Below, one piece after another: positions 36,880-40,316 of a stretch of DNA of 40,316 nt. The stretch is taken from the NCBI RefSeq assembly GCF_006345805.1, contig NW_021835397.1, positions 1 to 40,316 of the forward strand. Reading direction: 5' to 3'. Below the pieces are notes generated by a model. The model searched no databases. It worked only from the letters and a program-made list of their open reading frames with translations, and was not told the DNA's origin. Every line of letters begins with the position of its first letter. The stretch's first letter is position 1. This stretch comes from Octopus sinensis. Lineage: Eukaryota. Position numbers and translations under genes: made by a program.

Positions 36880-36920
<41 letters not shown>
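34925..36920. repeat. (TA)n/(CA)n/(TG)n compound microsatellite fields
   Basis: Direct reading of 34925-35637, 35918-36250 and 36645-36920. Confidence 0.92.
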
Positions 36921-36922
<2 letters not shown>

Positions 36923-37749
36923 GTCCATTCATATATCTAAATATACACACAGGCAGATTCATAGGTACTCAAACCAATTTAACCAGTAGATCTAACTCAT
37001 GGATCGTTTCAAGTGTAGCGCTTGTATAATAGAAGAGAAAATTTCTCAACAGCTGTTTCGGCATCATTTAATTGATGCATTCTTAAATCACATCATGCCA
37101 AAAACCTGCCATCAACGGGCAAATTTTAAACATAAACCGGTAAGGTAGAAATAGAAGTTGCACAATTCACAATCCTCCATGGCGGAACAAGAGAAATTTT
37201 GAGGAGGTACCCTAAAATTTATATTGAATGTAGACCACATACACGGAGTGCAACTAGTTCAAAATTACTTTTTTTTACTGAAATACTTTCGTCGTTCATT
37301 AAGTTGGTGTTTTGAACACATGTTACCATTAATTTAAGTGGATGGTTTTACTTTAGATCACTTTAAAACAGGAAGCTTGTATTGATGGACTAAAAGCGGG
37401 CTCAGGCGGACTGGAATGAAAAGGGCTAATAACGGAAGCTGAGACGAATCCACTCAACACACAAACTCAACTTCGTTTGTATTGAGATCAAACTGAGCGA
37501 TTGATTAAGTCTAGTGAGAAGAAGGTTTTAATGCTGTTGTATTATGCTATACGAATGCTATGCAGAGATTAGGAGGATTAACGAAGGAATCCAGAAGGAA
37601 ATCTCCATTTCATATTATTGTAATTTTCTCTTTGATTTTCTTGGGCGTTTCTTCGCCATGGAGCCAACAAGACTTTGTTCAATGTTTGCTGCAGAGTTTT
37701 TCCTGGTTTAAAAATGCTAGGTTCTTGCAACGGAAACGAAACGCCCCCG

Positions 37750-38196
37750 ACCACCAGAAACACCAATAGCAGTAGCAGCAACACGGCGACGACAAGGACC
37801 ACTACTGCTACCACCACACCCACCACCACCACCACCACCATTATTATCAACAGCACCATCCTCCATCATCACCACTATCACCATCACGATTGCCACCGTT
37901 ACGCCACGAATACATGATGATCACCATCACCACTAGTAATACCACCCTCACTACCACCTCTCCTGCAACCATCACAACCAGGATGACCACTAATACTACT
38001 ACCGCTATCACAATGAGCCTTAACCCAACCTTCACCTCCAGTAAGACAATAAAACCGCGGCACACCGTCTCCATTCAGATCAAATCAAATCACCATCGTA
38101 TCTTTTCGTTAACATTTCCATAACATTAACCATACACCGCTACTACCGAAACCACGAACACCACCACCGACACTGACACCACCACATCTACCATCA
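37750..38196. repeat. (ACC/ATC/ACT)n degenerate trinucleotide low-complexity tract
   Basis: Same class as 15400-16570 but on the opposite strand. Confidence 0.85.
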
Positions 38197-38943
38197 ACTT
38201 TAATATTCTGCTAGTCACCCGATGTGTTCGTGTGTTAACGCTCCAGAAAAGCCTTTTCTTTTAAACTATGGAACCACAGCAATGACATAAACGGTTTGTT
38301 TAACATAATTGCTTCAAATTTTAAAATCACACTAGCAACTTTAAGCGCGAAGGAGTTCGTCGATTATATCGATTACATCGATTCAGTACTCGTATTGTCC
38401 ATTGTTTGGGTTAGATCAGTTTTTTTGTATAATTTTTGACGTCCAGTCCAGTTAGTAGTAAAGAATGCCTATTTATAGTTCAAATTCCTACAACTCTGAC
38501 ATTCCCGACATAAATCCGTTAATTCTAGCGGTTAAATTAAACTGGAAAGAACAATTTGCATATTTAACCCTCTCCTGGTCATGAGACCGAACATTAAGTA
38601 ACTTGTGCACTAACAGTATTTCGTTTCGTTGGTATAAAGTATTGCGGGTCATATCTATAGACCTTTTAGGCAACACTGTGTTATGACGATTGCAAACGAT
38701 TCGTCTACACACTACGCAAGGGGGAACTATGTTAAAAAATAAGCCTCATGTGGATACATTCCAAGAAAATATCTTGGTCAGTTTATGAGCTTTTCAGCCA
38801 ACCTTGTGAGAGGACAAAAAAGGGGTAACGACTGTATATAGTTTTCGGCTCTTGGAGACTTAATCGGCCACTCTGTACTACATTTAAATATCAACAAACA
38901 TGTTGGGTTCGGTTTACATTGATTATAACCCACTAAAACTGAA

Positions 38944-39754
38944 TACTCTTTTACTCTTTTACTTGTTTCAGTCATTTGACTGTGGCCATGCTGGAGCACT
39001 GCCTTTAGTCGAGCAAATCGACCCCAGGCCTTGTTCTTTGTAAGCCTAGTACTTATTATATCGGTCTCTTTTGCCGAACCGCTAAGTTACGGGTACATAA
39101 ACACACCAGCATCGGTTGTCAAGTGATGTTGGGGGTGGGGGACAAATACAGAGACACAAATACTCACACACACATATATATAATACAAAATATAAATTAG
39201 AGATAAAACCACTATTATGCAATTCAAACAATGATAGACATAAAGCAAATCATAAATAACAAATAAATAATATTTTTATAAAACATATACCTAGATAAAA
39301 AAAAGTATAAAAATGAATAATCAATATATAATAAGTAAAAAGATTATATATCGATAATTCATTTCTATACTTTTTTTTATCTAGGTATATGTTTTATAAA
39401 AATATTTTTTATTTGCTATTTATGATTTGCTTTATGTCTATCATTGTTTGAATTGCATAATAGTGGTTTTATCTCTAATTTATATTTTGTATATTTATAT
39501 TGTGAAATTTGATTTAATACTAAATTGAATTTTTCCGTGTAAATTTGGAGTTATACTCCCTAATATGTATATATATATATATATATATACGACGGGTTTC
39601 TTTCAGTTTCCATCTATGAAATCTACTGACAAAACTTTAGTCGGCCCGAGGCTATAGTAGAAGACACTTGCCCAAGGTACCATGCTGTGGGACTGAACCC
39701 GGAACCATGTGGTTCGTAAGCAAGCTACTTTACCACACAGCCACTCCTGCGCCT
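38944..39754 (-). mobile_element. SINE family A, full length, split by an insertion in its internal microsatellite
   Basis: 3' half 38944-39178 and 5' half 39589-39754 (head aggcgcaggagtggctgtgtggtaa). Confidence 0.92.
39183..39565. repeat. Near-perfect 150-bp-arm palindrome plus an unpaired extension of about 70 bp
   Basis: Arms 39183-39332 and 39343-39492, for example aattagagataaaaccactattatgcaattcaaacaatgatagac / gtctatcattgtttgaattgcataatagtggttttatctctaatt, with a 10-nt spacer. Confidence 0.95.
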
Positions 39755-39986
39755 ATAGAACAGTCTGGATGTTTAACACTTTCGAAGTTGCCTGATGGAG
39801 CATTAAATTGTTTAAATTAATCATCAGAGGTTAAAGTTAATTGGACGGAACAATTAACTTTTGTAGCAATGAAATTAACATTAAGCACTTGGTGTGTTAA
39901 CAATATTTCGCTTCGTTGCATATATTTAAAGGTTTTTCTATTCAGCCAAGACTCTATAATGTATTTCTGCATCGGAATGACGAAAA

Positions 39987-40266
39987 AAAAGTTTAGTTTG
40001 TTCCTTCTCGAGCTATTCCTGGCTCATAAAGGCCGGTTTCCCGGTTTCCCGGTCCGTCGCAGGTGAGCTGCAAGATGCAGGAGGAAAGAGTGAGAGAAAG
40101 TTGTGGCGAAAGAGTCAGCAGAAGTTCGCCATTACCTTCTGCCGAAGCCGCATGGAGCTTAGGTGTTTCGCTCATAAACACACACATCGTCCGGTCTGAG
40201 ATTCGAACCCGCGATCTCCCGACCGCGAATCCGCTGCTCTAACCATTAGGCCATGTGCCTCCACAT
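39987..40266 (-). mobile_element. SINE family C with 13-bp TSD and internal deletion
   Basis: Reverse complement of 23036-23338, lacking about 40 bp between accgg repeats. The TSD ggaatgacgaaaa lies at 39974-39986 and 40267-40279. Confidence 0.94.
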
Positions 40267-40316
40267 GGAATGACGAAAACCATCTGTTCGTACTTAAGGA
40301 TGACTAAAGACTCGAA

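Noticed and set aside
212-36989. Dozens of ORFs rich in YI, CV, HT, MYVC, LSIY, poly-N, poly-I or poly-L
   Set aside because: They are translations of (TA)n, (TG)n, (TATG)n, (CTAT)n and (TTA)n microsatellites that lack stop codons; there is no protein-like complexity.
37578-37859. 93-aa minus-strand ORF with a hydrophobic N-terminus resembling a signal or TM segment
   Set aside because: The hydrophobic part is the (GGT/GTT)n low-complexity tract; the remainder has no recognisable motif or strong splice signals.
39765-39832. Minus-strand CTGATGA...CGAAA hammerhead-like spacing
   Set aside because: No stem I or stem II pairing can be drawn.

Overview
AT-rich, extremely microsatellite-dense eukaryotic DNA, probably intronic or intergenic. 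The three tRNA-derived SINE families and the (TA)n/(CA)n/(TACA)n/(TAGA)n load resemble an Octopus (coleoid cephalopod) genome; this is recognition from memory, not a database result. No intact host gene, tRNA, rRNA or CRISPR array is supportable, and nearly all listed ORFs are translated microsatellites. The real content is a transposon graveyard: a Chapaev3-type transposase fossil with a non-autonomous Helitron nested inside, a second Helitron, two 5'-truncated CR1-like LINE ends, three Tc1/mariner derivatives, a Penelope-like 5' fragment, more than 15 SINE copies or fragments, two minisatellites and several long palindromes. The most interesting signal is a scatter of minimal type I hammerhead-ribozyme motifs of the Penelope/retrozyme kind: two nearly complete (26620-26693 minus, 33056-33114 plus) and about six decayed. 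Long inverted repeats that could form dsRNA are also unusually common. I do not see evidence for a wholly new protein-coding system.
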